A stretch of DNA of 44,404 nt from an uncultured virus (IMG/VR IMGVR_UViG_2061766007_002618) (lineage: Duplodnaviria > Heunggongvirae > Uroviricota > Caudoviricetes). A model generated the notes under the pieces. That model worked only from the letters and a program-made list of their open reading frames with translations. It was not told where the DNA came from and searched no databases. Positions 11,104 to 21,302 of the stretch are shown here, piece by piece. Numbering within the stretch: the first letter of the stretch is position 1; the number at the start of each line of letters is the position of its first letter. Location of the stretch: the IMG/VR virus record IMGVR_UViG_2061766007_002618; one strand, written 5' to 3'. The position numbers were made by a program, and so were the translations under genes.

Positions 11104-13796
11104 TACCAAGCCTCCATGTTCCCGGAGCGGACAAACTGAATTGCGACGCCAAGTAGAGACACCTGTTCGGTGAGCGTGTCCGCACTACTCGTCGCCTCGC
11201 GCTTGAGCCAGAAGTGGACGCGCTTGCCGGCAAGGTAGGTGCCGTCAACGGTGATCGGAAGCGCGGCGGTCACATGCTCCTGGTTGTAGCTTGCCACGGT
11301 GTCGTCGATGTAGGCGTATGTGGCCGGGGCGATGTCAATAGGCGAGTGGTTTGTCATGAAGCTTGCCTTGACGCCGAAGCGGACGACTTGACTGGAGCCG
11401 AAGCCGGAATTGTAAGGAGTCCAATGAAGCTTGAGCTTTATCGCGCCGCCGTTCCAGTCGTCGGGGAAAACAATGTCGAAATCAGCAAAGGAATCCCGCT
11501 CGTTCGTGAAGCGAATCGTATCAAAGGCGGAGAGGCCCGTGCTGCGACTCAAGGTCTCCGCGACAGCGCTATTCGTTAGGTTGGGCGTGATTGCGCCGGC
11601 CGGAACCCACAGCACGTCGCGATGCTCGAAAGCCTGGGCATGGGCGGCAATTTGCGCGGCCGTCACCTTATGGAACGCGCCATTGTGATAGACGAGCAGT
11701 TCGTCTGCATCCACAAGCGGGTCATTGCTTGCAAGCTCGGCTTGGTCATGAATGCTGACATGCTCGGAGCCGGTTTGAATCGGAGGCTCGCCCCACGTGC
11801 CATCGCCAAAGAGAATCTTTGTCGCGTCACCGGCCGCCGGCGCGGGGACAAGTCCCGTCGTGCCACCGGCGCCCGTGTCGGGCGTAAAGGCCTGCGAGCC
11901 GGGAGGCGTCCCCCATGTGCCGTCGCCCTGAAGATACTTCGAAGCAGCCCCATCCAGCTTGGGCAGCAAGCCCGGCGCTTCCGTGGTGGCGTTGGAGGTG
12001 GTGACGTCGGCGCCAACCGTGAGCGCCGTGAGCGGCGTCTCGTGAAGCAGGTTGAGAATGTAGTCCCAGATGCGGGAAATCTTGCTCTTCTTGACAGCTT
12101 GTACGGAAACATCCGAAACAAGAAAGGTGTCGTTGTCGGTGAGGGCGGCATTTATCTCGCTCGCGCCGTTGTGGTCAACAAGTCCTTCTAGCTTGGCCTT
12201 GTCGGCGGCGGACATCAGGCCGTGGCGACTGGTGGAGGCGTCAAGGTCCGTTCCTTCGTCAGGTGCGGCGAGCTTGTCGAGCTTCTTGTTGTCGAGCGCA
12301 GTTTGGACAATGTTGACGGCAACGCGAACGGCCTTTTCGGTCGCGACAGCGGCATTGCTCGCATTTGTGGCGTCGCGCACCTCCGTGACGAGCGACGTGC
12401 CGCCCTTGAGAAGTGCGCCCGTACTGCCGTCATAAAGCGGAATCTCGCCGTCGGCGTGGAGGCCCGTCTTGACCACGGTGTCCAACGCCTCGGCCACGGC
12501 AAGCTCCGTCGGCACATGATCGTCGTCGGCACCGGCTGGCGGGNNNNNNNNNNNNNNNNNNNNNTTAGCCGCGACGCCTTGCGACATGGCACCAGTTATT
12601 GCGGCGCGGACGGCCTTTTCAGTTGGAATCCTGGAGTCGGACGTGGCGGAATCCGTTTCGTTCACCTCCGTCGTCACGGTTGGCCCCGCTTCCAAGTTGC
12701 GGCCATTTGAACCAAATTTCGCCAAATCTCCTTGCGCATGGGTGCCGACGGTGAATTTCACATCATCGTCAACATACCCCTTCACGGCGTCAATACCTGT
12801 GCGGACGGCCTTCTCCGTCGGGATGTTGTCGTCGCTTGCTGTCATGGCAATGGCAACGCTCGTCACAATGCCCTTGCCTGTTCCAAGAACGCCGGTCGTG
12901 TTCGCATAGACGGGGAGATTGCCCGTCGTGGTGGACTCGGGAACCATCGCGGCGACTTTGTTATCGGCATAGTTCCTCGCAGCTGCCGCAGTCGGGAGCT
13001 GCGCATTCGTTGAGTTGCTATCAAGCGCAGTCGAAACAGTCAACCCGTCCTGAAGCGTTTTCGCATCCGAACCCCATTGAGGCACTTTGTTTGCTGTCGT
13101 CGTGCTAGGCCCATGAACAACATTGGCCAGAGCCAGCATGTCTTTCATTTGCCACTTGCGGAGCACCGTGCCGTTATGGGAGAAAACATATTCCGTTGTC
13201 GCAGGCTGTGAGGTTTCCGTGGCAATCTGATTTAGATACGCGCCAAGGCCATTAAGAATAAAACTGCGGACGGTTGAAAGCGGTACTTTCTTATTCGTTA
13301 ATGTCTCGTCCTCAAGTTGAGCGACAAGCATCAAGTTGCCGTCGCTCAAAGACTCGGCGGAGGTCATTCCACTTAGTTCGATTGTGGCCACGATTTGAGT
13401 GCGAAGGTACGCCGTCAGCTGCGTGAGCGTCATTGTGAACTCATCATTGCCCTTTTTGACAACGAAAGTGTCCGTGGCGGCGACGGTTTGGACGCCCGCC
13501 TTGGCAAAGGCGTAAGCGATGATGGTATTGGCGAACTGCGCGCCGGACGCGAATTTCAACGCACCTGCGGCATTCTTCCAGGTCACGCTACCTGTGGAGG
13601 CGTCAAATGCGTCCGTGCCGCTGCCTGTTGCGAAAGCAGCCGCCTCCTGAATAACCGAAAGAACGTATTTGGCAATGTTGGCCGTCGAAATGCTTCGCGG
13701 CTGATAGCTTCCAGAGATTTCCTCCACGGCGGGGATGCGCTCCGCTCCGCCTATGGTGGCATCATCTGTAGCTTCCTGGATTTTCATGTTTGCCAT
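11103..13796 (-). CDS. Tail fibre protein (897 aa)
   Basis: Five ~60-aa repeats ending in PTEKAVR-like motifs; GLMSAADKAKL and GLVPAPAAGD...GDGTW fibre motifs. Confidence 0.8.
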   Translation of the reverse strand: MANMKIQEATDDATIGGAERIPAVEEISGSYQPRSISTANIAKYVLSVIQEAAAFATGSGTDAFDASTGSVTWKNAAGALKFASGAQFANTIIAYAFAKAGVQTVAATDTFVVKKGNDEFTMTLTQLTAYLRTQIVATIELSGMTSAESLSDGNLMLVAQLEDETLTNKKVPLSTVRSFILNGLGAYLNQIATETSQPATTEYVFSHNGTVLRKWQMKDMLALANVVHGPSTTTANKVPQWGSDAKTLQDGLTVSTALDSNSTNAQLPTAAAARNYADNKVAAMVPESTTTGNLPVYANTTGVLGTGKGIVTSVAIAMTASDDNIPTEKAVRTGIDAVKGYVDDDVKFTVGTHAQGDLAKFGSNGRNLEAGPTVTTEVNETDSATSDSRIPTEKAVRAAITGAMSQGVAAXXXXXXXXPPAGADDDHVPTELAVAEALDTVVKTGLHADGEIPLYDGSTGALLKGGTSLVTEVRDATNASNAAVATEKAVRVAVNIVQTALDNKKLDKLAAPDEGTDLDASTSRHGLMSAADKAKLEGLVDHNGASEINAALTDNDTFLVSDVSVQAVKKSKISRIWDYILNLLHETPLTALTVGADVTTSNATTEAPGLLPKLDGAASKYLQGDGTWGTPPGSQAFTPDTGAGGTTGLVPAPAAGDATKILFGDGTWGEPPIQTGSEHVSIHDQAELASNDPLVDADELLVYHNGAFHKVTAAQIAAHAQAFEHRDVLWVPAGAITPNLTNSAVAETLSRSTGLSAFDTIRFTNERDSFADFDIVFPDDWNGGAIKLKLHWTPYNSGFGSSQVVRFGVKASFMTNHSPIDIAPATYAYIDDTVASYNQEHVTAALPITVDGTYLAGKRVHFWLKREATSSADTLTEQVSLLGVAIQFVRSGNMEAW

Positions 13797-15130
13797 TATC
13801 TGTACCTCCTGAAAGTCGCTCCGCGCAGGCCGATTGACTCATACGCCCACCGCCCGACGCTCGCCAGCTCGATGGAACACCACGCCCCGCGCAGCCGGCA
13901 TCTGTTCTTCTGCTGCCAGCCCGCCGTGAAAGTGAAAGCCTCGCCCGTCCCGTCAAGGCACGTCTCGGCGCTGTCCGCCGTGCGGACCGTCACCGTGACG
14001 TTCGCGGAGTTCTTGGCGAAAATCGCCGTGATGAAATTCGTGACCGCCGCGAGTGAATCGTGGCGCGACAGCCGCACCGGGCCAAGCACGACGCGGGACG
14101 AAATCGCCGAGCCGCTGTCATTCACCTCGCGCTTGAAGTGCCGCAGCCCGTTGTCAGCGCAGCGGAACACGACCTTGCGGACGCCGCGATTCTCGACGCG
14201 GACGCAAGACTTCGGGACAAGTCCGGCCACCGCGAACGTCTCCGGCCATATCGCCCCGCTCGTCTCCATGAAGTATGTCTTGCCGTCGCCGACGTTGAGG
14301 ATGTGGACTCCCTCGAATTCGGGGTCGAAGCACAGGACCGTCTGCGCCGAGGCATTCCGCAGCCCGTCGGGAAGCTGCGTCGAAACCGCCGCCAGCTCCT
14401 GCCCCGGCGTCAGCCGGTAGATGCCGCGCGGGGAAAGGAAGAAGAGCGAATTGCCGTTCCACGTCCAGGCGGACGGCCCGACAATGCCAACCTCGGGCGA
14501 AATGCAGACGCGCTCGCCCGTCGTCAGCTCGCCGTTGTACACCCAGAGGCCGTTCTGCGTCGCGACGTAGAGCCGCGTGTCCTCGACGGAGGCGATGCAC
14601 GTTATCTCGTCGCCCGTGCGGTTGGCGAGGCCGACGTTGCCCGCGACCGCGCGGCCCGCGTTCTCGTAGTCCCCGCCGTAGTCGAAGTTGCCGTAGTCGT
14701 CGTTCGCGGAGGCGTACCACGTCGAGCCGGACGAAATGACGAGCCGCGCGCGGTAGTAGCTCGTGCATTTGGACTCCGACGGAATGTCGCCCTTCGTCGC
14801 CGTCGCGTCGATGTGCTGGTGCGGGTCAACGACGTGGATGCCGTCGAACATGGTGTCGAACGCGAGGCCGTGCGGGATTGTGCCGCCATCCGGCCAGAGT
14901 ATCGCCTCGCCGTTCGGCCAGCACCACACCCCGCCGAGGTCGTCCGTGAACGGCGTAAGGCCCGGACGCGAGCCGCCGCGCGCGCGGTTGAGGAATGTGT
15001 CGCGCCCCCAGACGTTTACGCAGTCGGGCGTGAACGGCGCGGAGCCGTCAGCGGGTTCGTAGGCACGGAAGCCTCCGGCCTTGCCTAGCCCGTTCATCGG
15101 GAATCTGACTTCTTTGGCGAACTGGTTCAT
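13796..15130 (-). CDS. Tail nozzle / tail tubular protein B-like (beta-propeller)
   Basis: 444 aa, N-terminal FPxxG...DCVNV...RPG pattern, beta-rich, podovirus-type synteny. Confidence 0.6.
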   Translation of the reverse strand: MNQFAKEVRFPMNGLGKAGGFRAYEPADGSAPFTPDCVNVWGRDTFLNRARGGSRPGLTPFTDDLGGVWCWPNGEAILWPDGGTIPHGLAFDTMFDGIHVVDPHQHIDATATKGDIPSESKCTSYYRARLVISSGSTWYASANDDYGNFDYGGDYENAGRAVAGNVGLANRTGDEITCIASVEDTRLYVATQNGLWVYNGELTTGERVCISPEVGIVGPSAWTWNGNSLFFLSPRGIYRLTPGQELAAVSTQLPDGLRNASAQTVLCFDPEFEGVHILNVGDGKTYFMETSGAIWPETFAVAGLVPKSCVRVENRGVRKVVFRCADNGLRHFKREVNDSGSAISSRVVLGPVRLSRHDSLAAVTNFITAIFAKNSANVTVTVRTADSAETCLDGTGEAFTFTAGWQQKNRCRLRGAWCSIELASVGRWAYESIGLRGATFRRYR

Positions 15131-15498
15131 TACTTTGTACAGATGTGTTCAATGACTGCGGCTATCTGCGGCCTGAGTATCAGCGTCACGGAGACAATGC
15201 CCGTGATTGTGACGATTTGCCAAGAGCACCGCTCTATCATGCGGAAGAGCAAAGGCCAAAAACCATTCGCGGTGGAGCCGGACTCGATCTTGTCGCGGAT
15301 GAAGAGGTAGCAGAGGTTGAAAAGGTTCTGTGCGTTGGCCTGCGTTTTTTCCTCAAGTGTCAACCCGTTCGTCCCTTCCGCCGCCTCGGAAATGAACTCG
15401 ATATAGTCGTCGCGGTTGCCGGGACTGATGTGCTTCGCGACCTTCAAGTCGGCGATGGTCCCCTCAAGGCGGTTCTTTGTCTTCTGCGTCATTGCCAT
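15130..15498 (-). CDS. Small membrane protein (possible holin)
   Basis: C-terminal hydrophobic segment WQIVTITGIVSVTLIL; late operon position. Confidence 0.45.
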   Translation of the reverse strand: MAMTQKTKNRLEGTIADLKVAKHISPGNRDDYIEFISEAAEGTNGLTLEEKTQANAQNLFNLCYLFIRDKIESGSTANGFWPLLFRMIERCSWQIVTITGIVSVTLILRPQIAAVIEHICTK

Positions 15499-15513
15499 CT
15501 TTGCAAAATCCCC

Positions 15514-17421
15514 CTATTTTGAAAACAGCACGACGTTAGAACGGTGCTTACCATCCTTTGAGCAAATTACAAATGCGTAGGCGTCGGCGGCCTCTATCGC
15601 ATCCTTGCGCCAGCCGTTGTAGCCGTCGCGAACATTCTCAAAGCTGCGCGTGGTCCTGGACGTGCTGATCCAGTCAACTTTGCCGCCCTGCCATTTGCCG
15701 CCAATGCGCACGAACAAGCAGGCGAGGCAAGAGGCATCCGTCGCGGACGACGCGCCGAGCTTTTCGCAACCGCCTTTCACCCATTTGTAGGAAAGGCCGC
15801 TTGACGAAATCTTCAAGCTCCCGATTTGAACGCCGTCCACGAGCGCCGCCTTTTTGCCGGAGAACCCACCCCAGCACCAGTCGAGCGCGCTAAAATCCAC
15901 ATCGTCAGCGGATTGCGTTATTTGCTGGTCATTTGCCGGCGCAGGTGGCACGGATGGCACGGATGGCGCGACAACCGGGCCGCTGCCCTTCCAGTTGCCG
16001 CAGGCGAAAGCCCCCGCGTCGAGCGCGGCCTGCGCCTTGGACTTGTCCGGGCCGCGCGAATACTCAAAGCCGTTGACTTCATACCCTTTGCCCTTGAGAG
16101 CCTTCACGGACTTGGCAATGTCAGCCGTCGTGCAAGACGGGTCAAGCTGGTCCATCACAATGGAGCCGAGCGAGGCATGTGTGCTTTTGCCGGAGGTGTG
16201 ATGCGTCGCGAATGGCCCCGTCCAGCCGGCGGCCTTGATTGCGTCGCGGAGGGACTTCCATTTCGCGGATGAACCTTCGCCTTCGTTCATTTCGAGGCCG
16301 AGAACTATGTAGCTCAAGTACGGCATGAAATCCTTTAATCCGGCGGCATACTTCGCGGGATCGGCGAAAATCTTTTGACGGTAGCCGTCGCTATCGTCGG
16401 CCACGACCCAGGCGACGACGCCGAGGCCGCGCGCGCGAATCTGCTGAATGCGCTTCAACGCCGTCTTGTGCGCGGAGGAATCGGCCAGCGCGTCATAGCC
16501 CGCGCCCTCACCGTCCGCCTCGTTGACGAGCAGGAGGTGAACGTGATCGCACCCGATGCTCACCTGCCAATCCAAGTATTCCTTAACTTTGGAATCGCTG
16601 AACTTCGGGCTGACAAGGTTCATCATGCGCTTGCTCGCGTCGCTGCCATTCCAGTTGGACGAATACTTGCAATCCTTCCACGCCTTCGCGGAGGCAGCGA
16701 CGTAGACGACCTCGGACTCGACTCCGCCCGCGCCCGTCTCGGCCACGGCCTCGATGCGCTGCTCCTTGCCCATCGCGCGGAGGACGGCATTCGTCCCCTC
16801 GATTTCCGCGACGGTCCAGTTCGGCGGCGTCCCGCAGCCGGCGGCGAACATGAGCGCGGCGAGGATGCTGTGAAGCCCCAGGAGCTCTTTCACGTCGTGA
16901 TACCAACCCTTCGAGAACTCGCACACCTCCCACGCGAGACGCGCCTCGATGCGCCCGACAAGGGAGTCGGAACTGGCATACATCCAGAGAGCGTAGAGAA
17001 TCCCGTTGCCCCACCCGAGGACGGCCTTCTCCGAGACATGCCAAGCCTTCGCAAGCTCCTCCCGGTGCTCCCATATCAGATCATGAAAGAGGCTCGCCAG
17101 CATTGAGCGGTACTTGTCATTTTTCAACAGGTCCGGCCCGTTCCAAAGATGGCTTGACGCGGGAAACGGATTCGCGGTCACGCGGACGCCCCAATCCAGC
17201 CCGTTCTCGATGGGCGTGATTGAAAGGGAACCGTCCGCCGTCGTGATCTCTTCAACGCAACCACCGCCCTGGAAGAGTGTGACATCATCGCCAAAGAGCG
17301 CGACGGAAACCTTCTCGTCAAGGCCGAAGGAGGCCTCGTTGTCCTCGCGGATATACTTGATAACCTTGTTTGCCACTTTCGTCACCTTCCTTGCCGTCGC
17401 AATCGCCGCCGCCGTGTCCAT
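15514..17421 (-). CDS. Multidomain protein: DUF1353-like N-terminus, internal lipoprotein signal, glycoside-hydrolase-like TIM barrel, Pro linker, C-terminal domain
   Basis: ASLFHDLIW motif; LAALMFAAG-C lipobox (Cys codon 16834-16836); YIVLGLEMNEG, FATHHT and VNGFEYS resemble clan GH-A strand ends; PSVPSVPPAP linker. Confidence 0.5.
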   Translation of the reverse strand: MDTAAAIATARKVTKVANKVIKYIREDNEASFGLDEKVSVALFGDDVTLFQGGGCVEEITTADGSLSITPIENGLDWGVRVTANPFPASSHLWNGPDLLKNDKYRSMLASLFHDLIWEHREELAKAWHVSEKAVLGWGNGILYALWMYASSDSLVGRIEARLAWEVCEFSKGWYHDVKELLGLHSILAALMFAAGCGTPPNWTVAEIEGTNAVLRAMGKEQRIEAVAETGAGGVESEVVYVAASAKAWKDCKYSSNWNGSDASKRMMNLVSPKFSDSKVKEYLDWQVSIGCDHVHLLLVNEADGEGAGYDALADSSAHKTALKRIQQIRARGLGVVAWVVADDSDGYRQKIFADPAKYAAGLKDFMPYLSYIVLGLEMNEGEGSSAKWKSLRDAIKAAGWTGPFATHHTSGKSTHASLGSIVMDQLDPSCTTADIAKSVKALKGKGYEVNGFEYSRGPDKSKAQAALDAGAFACGNWKGSGPVVAPSVPSVPPAPANDQQITQSADDVDFSALDWCWGGFSGKKAALVDGVQIGSLKISSSGLSYKWVKGGCEKLGASSATDASCLACLFVRIGGKWQGGKVDWISTSRTTRSFENVRDGYNGWRKDAIEAADAYAFVICSKDGKHRSNVVLFSK

Positions 17422-17430
17422 GAAACCGTC

Positions 17431-17721
17431 CTACTCAACAATCATCCAGTCTTCCAGAAGCATGTCTGACTGCGACGCAAGCCAACCCGTGAGAATAGCC
17501 TTGCGCCCGGTTGAATCGTGCGTGTACATGCAGATAGTGCCGAGCGCGAGAAGCTCGCCGCCATTCTCGTCAACGAGCTTCTTAAGCTCCGGGTCGTGGC
17601 ACCACTCGGACTTTACGACCGTGGCCGGCTTGAGCCAGAGATACATGCCCTTGCCATTCCACCCCTTGCGGGAAACCTTCTTGCCCTGCTTGAGAGCTTC
17701 TATTGCTTGTCCAAAGTTCAT
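17431..17721 (-). CDS. DUF2829 family protein (Tad2-like anti-defence signal sponge)
   Basis: MNFGQAIEALKQGKKVSRKGWNGKGMYLWL...GWLASQSDMLLEDW is the DUF2829 signature. Confidence 0.85.
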   Translation of the reverse strand: MNFGQAIEALKQGKKVSRKGWNGKGMYLWLKPATVVKSEWCHDPELKKLVDENGGELLALGTICMYTHDSTGRKAILTGWLASQSDMLLEDWMIVE

Positions 17722-17882
17722 CTAGTTGTCCTCCAAGAGTTTCCCCTCTCGGGCTCGGCGTTGAAGTTTGTGCCTCGGCTTACCTCGCACACCCGTGCTG
17801 CTCGCCTCGGCGGTACTTGCTTTGCCTTATTTGCCCTTTTCAACAAACTCAACCATCTCTGGTGCCTCGCCTTCGAGGGAAA

Positions 17883-18607
17883 TCAATCAAACATCCACGA
17901 AACCGTCTGATACGCCATGCCGGTCAACTTTCGTGGCCGAAAGTCTTTTGACAGGCGAAAAACATCAACGGGTTCGTACTCGTCAAAAAGCGCGTTGTAT
18001 TCGTCACGGACGGTTATCCACGTTTTCGCGCCCTCCAGCAATTCGTCATGGAGTTTCTTGTCGGACTGCTCCAAAGCGTCAAACTCGGCCTTGATTTCCG
18101 CCGATTCTTTCCGCCATTCTTCAAGTGACTCGTCGAATCCATCGGCGCCATAAATAAGACACGCGGCGCAATCGACGATGTACCCGTCACCAGAAATGCC
18201 CGTGTACTTTGACTTGCCCGATGAAAGCAATTTGAGAACATTGGCGCGGGCGAATTCTGCAAATTCACGCGACCGCTCCTCTCGTCCAACTTGAAAGAAC
18301 CGTTGCGTCACAGCGTTTATTTGCGCCCATTTCGACAAGAGGATGCCGCGATTCTTTGAGCAATAATAAGCGAACTTGGAAATTGCCTCTCGATCATCCT
18401 CCGGCGTTGTCTCAACTTTGAGGCGGCCGAGGTAATTGGCAAATGGAAGGAGTGCGCGATTGTTGAAAAGAACGTGACCGTCCGCAATCTTGAAGCGAAG
18501 CGGCAGGTCNNNNNNNNNNNNNNNNNNNNNNNNNNNNNNNNNNNNNNNNNNNNNNNNATGCGGCGTTGAGGGACGCTGACAATGACGTTGTGCGGGCGAT
18601 ACTTCAT
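17883..18607 (-). CDS. Hypothetical protein (gap 18510-18557)
   Basis: MKYRPHNVIVSVPQRR start (ATGA overlap with the upstream stop); after the gap DLPLRFKIADGHVLFNN reads in frame into ORF 17883..18338. Confidence 0.6.
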
Positions 18608-19176
18608 TGTCTCACCTCGATTTCCGTCACAGAATTTGTAAGCACGGCCTCGATGGCCTCGTCTGGCAGCATCTGCCGGAGTGCACGGAATGCGCCCTGC
18701 ACGACGGGGTTCTGCTCGTCCAACACAACGCTGTCGTTCCAATCCTGCAAGACTTCTGCATCGGCAGAAATGAAAGTCCAAATGTCATTCCATGCGTCAT
18801 ACGCGCGGAGCTGCTGTTTTAGCCGCATCTTGCTCAACTGGAGATTGCGCGGCGGCAGCGCGCGCCAAGCGAATATCGGCACGATGGCATTATTGGACAC
18901 GCACCAGAGGCCGGAAGCCTCGGCCACGAATCCGGCGCGAACGGGCGCGTTCGTCACTATAGGTAACCAACCTTGCACGGAGTATTGCGTCGCAGACGGA
19001 TTGAGAACGGTGACGGGGTGTGAAAACGCGCGCCCGTTGACGATGTTGCCGAGGTTAAGGGAGATGGGAGCATACTCAACCGTGTTGGAGGCCGTGACGC
19101 GCCCGTAATCACGATTGACGGGAGCGCTGAGAACTGGCAGCGCGGCAAGCAAGGCTATAAGAAGAAATCTCATCAC
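18604..19176 (-). CDS. Signal-peptide-bearing protein with tail-fibre-assembly-chaperone-like C-terminus
   Basis: MMRFLLIALLAALPVLSA signal; C-terminal LSKMRLK..L...W......I.....W.......P.V resembles fibre chaperones. Confidence 0.55.
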   Translation of the reverse strand: MMRFLLIALLAALPVLSAPVNRDYGRVTASNTVEYAPISLNLGNIVNGRAFSHPVTVLNPSATQYSVQGWLPIVTNAPVRAGFVAEASGLWCVSNNAIVPIFAWRALPPRNLQLSKMRLKQQLRAYDAWNDIWTFISADAEVLQDWNDSVVLDEQNPVVQGAFRALRQMLPDEAIEAVLTNSVTEIEVRQ

Positions 19177-20195
19177 ATTGCACCTCCTACGGGATGGCAG
19201 GAAACGAACCAGTTGTATCGGTCAATCTGGCGCAAATCCCAGTAATACATGCCGGTGTTTGACCAGAAGTATGAAGTCGAAAGATAATCGTCGTACCAGA
19301 CCGTCGCCTCGGTCGAGAAGTAGAAGGATGGCGTGCTGTTTTGCCAGTCCCCGGCGTTGCTGAACCAGATGGCGCAGCGGGCGGGCGTCCCGTTCCACGT
19401 CGGGAGTGTGATGTAGTACGATGACCCCGAGTAGGAGCATGTCATCACGACATGGTCGACGAGCTCGAAGTCGGAGCTTTCCGTCGAGTCCGAAGTCCAA
19501 GAGGAGCNNNNNNNNNNNNNNNNNNNNNNNNNNNNNNNNNNNNNNNNNNNNNNNNNNNNNNNNATGACCGCGTTCGTGGCGTTTATCTCGTCGCGGACGG
19601 CCTGCACCTGCGACGGGATGTTCGTCACGGAGTTGTAGGTCTGCAAATCGTCCGCGAGTGTCGACGGCAGATTGTTGATTGTGGCGATCTGCGCCCACAT
19701 TGCGCGGNNNNNNNNNNNNNNNNNNNNNNNNNAGAAGGTCGTGAGCTTCCAGTCGAGGAACGGGTCCGTAACGAGGTTCCCCAGTCCCGCAAGGCCGGTC
19801 GGGTCGTCCGGAATCTGCCTGTTGTACCAGAAGTCGCACCCGTCGAGGTCTATGCGGCCTTTCGGCGAGGAGGGCGCGCCGTAGATGGTGTCGCCGACAA
19901 AGAGGACGCCGGGCACGTGCGCCTGCTCCACCTCGACGATGTTCGAGACGGCGACGACCCAGCCGNNNNNNNNNNNNNNNNNNNNNNNNNNNNNNNNNNN
20001 NNNNNNNNNNNNNNNNNNNNNNNNNNNNNNNNNNNNNNNNNNNNNNNNNNNNNNNNNNNNNNNNNNNNNNNNNNNNNNNNNNNNNNNNNNNNNNGCGTTA
20101 AGGAGGTCGGCGATGCGTAGGTCGCGGACGGTCTGGCTAGACGCCGTTAAGCAAATCGTCGCGACTAACGCGGATATTGCGAGGCTTTTTCTCAT
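19173..20195 (-). CDS. Signal-peptide-bearing tail fibre/adhesin-like protein (gapped)
   Basis: MRKSLAISALVATICLTASS signal; aromatic/Ser-rich C-terminal domain; three internal gaps. Confidence 0.55.
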   Translation of the reverse strand: MRKSLAISALVATICLTASSQTVRDLRIADLLNXXXXXXXXXXXXXXXXXXXXXXXXXXXXXXXXXXXXXXXXXXXXGWVVAVSNIVEVEQAHVPGVLFVGDTIYGAPSSPKGRIDLDGCDFWYNRQIPDDPTGLAGLGNLVTDPFLDWKLTTFXXXXXXXXXRAMWAQIATINNLPSTLADDLQTYNSVTNIPSQVQAVRDEINATNAVXXXXXXXXXXXXXXXXXXXXSSWTSDSTESSDFELVDHVVMTCSYSGSSYYITLPTWNGTPARCAIWFSNAGDWQNSTPSFYFSTEATVWYDDYLSTSYFWSNTGMYYWDLRQIDRYNWFVSCHPVGGAM

Positions 20196-21171
20196 AGGGC
20201 AATTTCTCCGGGAGAAGGCGCTTAATTGTAAGGTTCAACTCGTCCGGGCCCGAAAGCCGGAACAGAAGATAGCCGTCGAAGCCCGCGCGAACACGAATGA
20301 AAGTCTCTGGATAATTAAGCGGGAGGAGTTCGAGGATGTCGGCGTAGGGCAGATTGACAGTCACGGACGCGGGGACGCCGAAGCGACAGGGCAAATCGTT
20401 GGAGTAGGTGATCGGCGGGNNNNNNNNNNNNNNNNNNNNNNNNNNNNNNNGCCAAGCACCGTGAAGGACGTGTAGACGTACCGCTGATTCCCATTGTCAT
20501 TCGCGCAAACCTCCGCGAAGTGATTGGTCTGCCAAGCAATTGTCGCGGGGTTGTTTGTCCATGACATTGGATCTGGCACAGGATATATTTGCTCTGTGGC
20601 ATAGAAGAAATATGAATAAGCCTTGCGCTCTGCACCGATGCTGTTATTCTGGTGTTTGGAATAATAATCGTAATCCACGCGCCAAAGCACGTTTGTGATT
20701 TCCTCGNNNNNNNNNNNNNNNNNNNNNNNNNNNNNNNNNNNNNNNNNNNNNNNNNNNNNNNNNNNNNNNNNNNNNNNNNNNNNNNNNNNNNNNNNNNNNN
20801 NNNNNNNNNNNNNNNNNNNNNNNNNNNNNNNNNNNNNNNNNNNNNNNNNNNNNNNNNNNNNNNNNNNNNNNNGTTCCCGCCGGCGCTCCTGGAATGGAAC
20901 CGGCGATGCGGATGTACCAGTCACCCGGCCACATATAGGGAGCCACGGACTTTTCAAGGGAACGGACAATGTTTGTGACGGCCTCGCCGTCCGTGCCGCC
21001 ACCACCGCCTTGCGCCGTCACGACGATCTCGCCGTTGGTCAGCATCAGCCCTTCGCCGATAACCGTGTCGCCGGAAACGTCCTGCCACTCCGTCGCGGAC
21101 GCGGCGAGCGCGAGGAACGCCACGAGGCAAAGCCCGAACTCCTGCAACGTCTTCACGACGCGCCCAAGCGC
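20137..21171 (-). CDS. Fragments of variant tail protein(s), including an alternative allele of the C-terminal part of 21302..22450
   Basis: 21171-20873 reads VKTLQEFGLCLVAFLALAASATEWQDVSGDTVIGEG (homologous to 21784 onward) and then diverges; further open fragments at 20706-20451 and 20419-20137. Confidence 0.45.
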
Positions 21172-21181
21172 NNNNNNNNNN

Positions 21182-21302
21182 GTTCCTTGCTCACACGGAC
21201 AACAGCCTCATACGCGCCGTGATTCCGCAGCCACATGAAGATGCGACCTTCGGCAAACACGGAGAGAGAAAGGAGTGTAAAAAGTAATGCAAGGCGTTTC
21301 AT
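21182..21302 (-). CDS. 5' fragment of a signal-peptide-bearing protein (missed by the ORF track)
   Basis: TAATG coupling at 21302; translates MKRLALLFTLLSLSVFA-EGRIFMWLRNHGAYEAVVRVSKE up to the gap. Confidence 0.7.

Noticed and set aside
19173..19507. Diversity-generating retroelement variable region
   Set aside because: Ser/Tyr/Trp-rich, but no template repeat or reverse transcriptase in the window, and codons are not dominated by AAC-derived NNC
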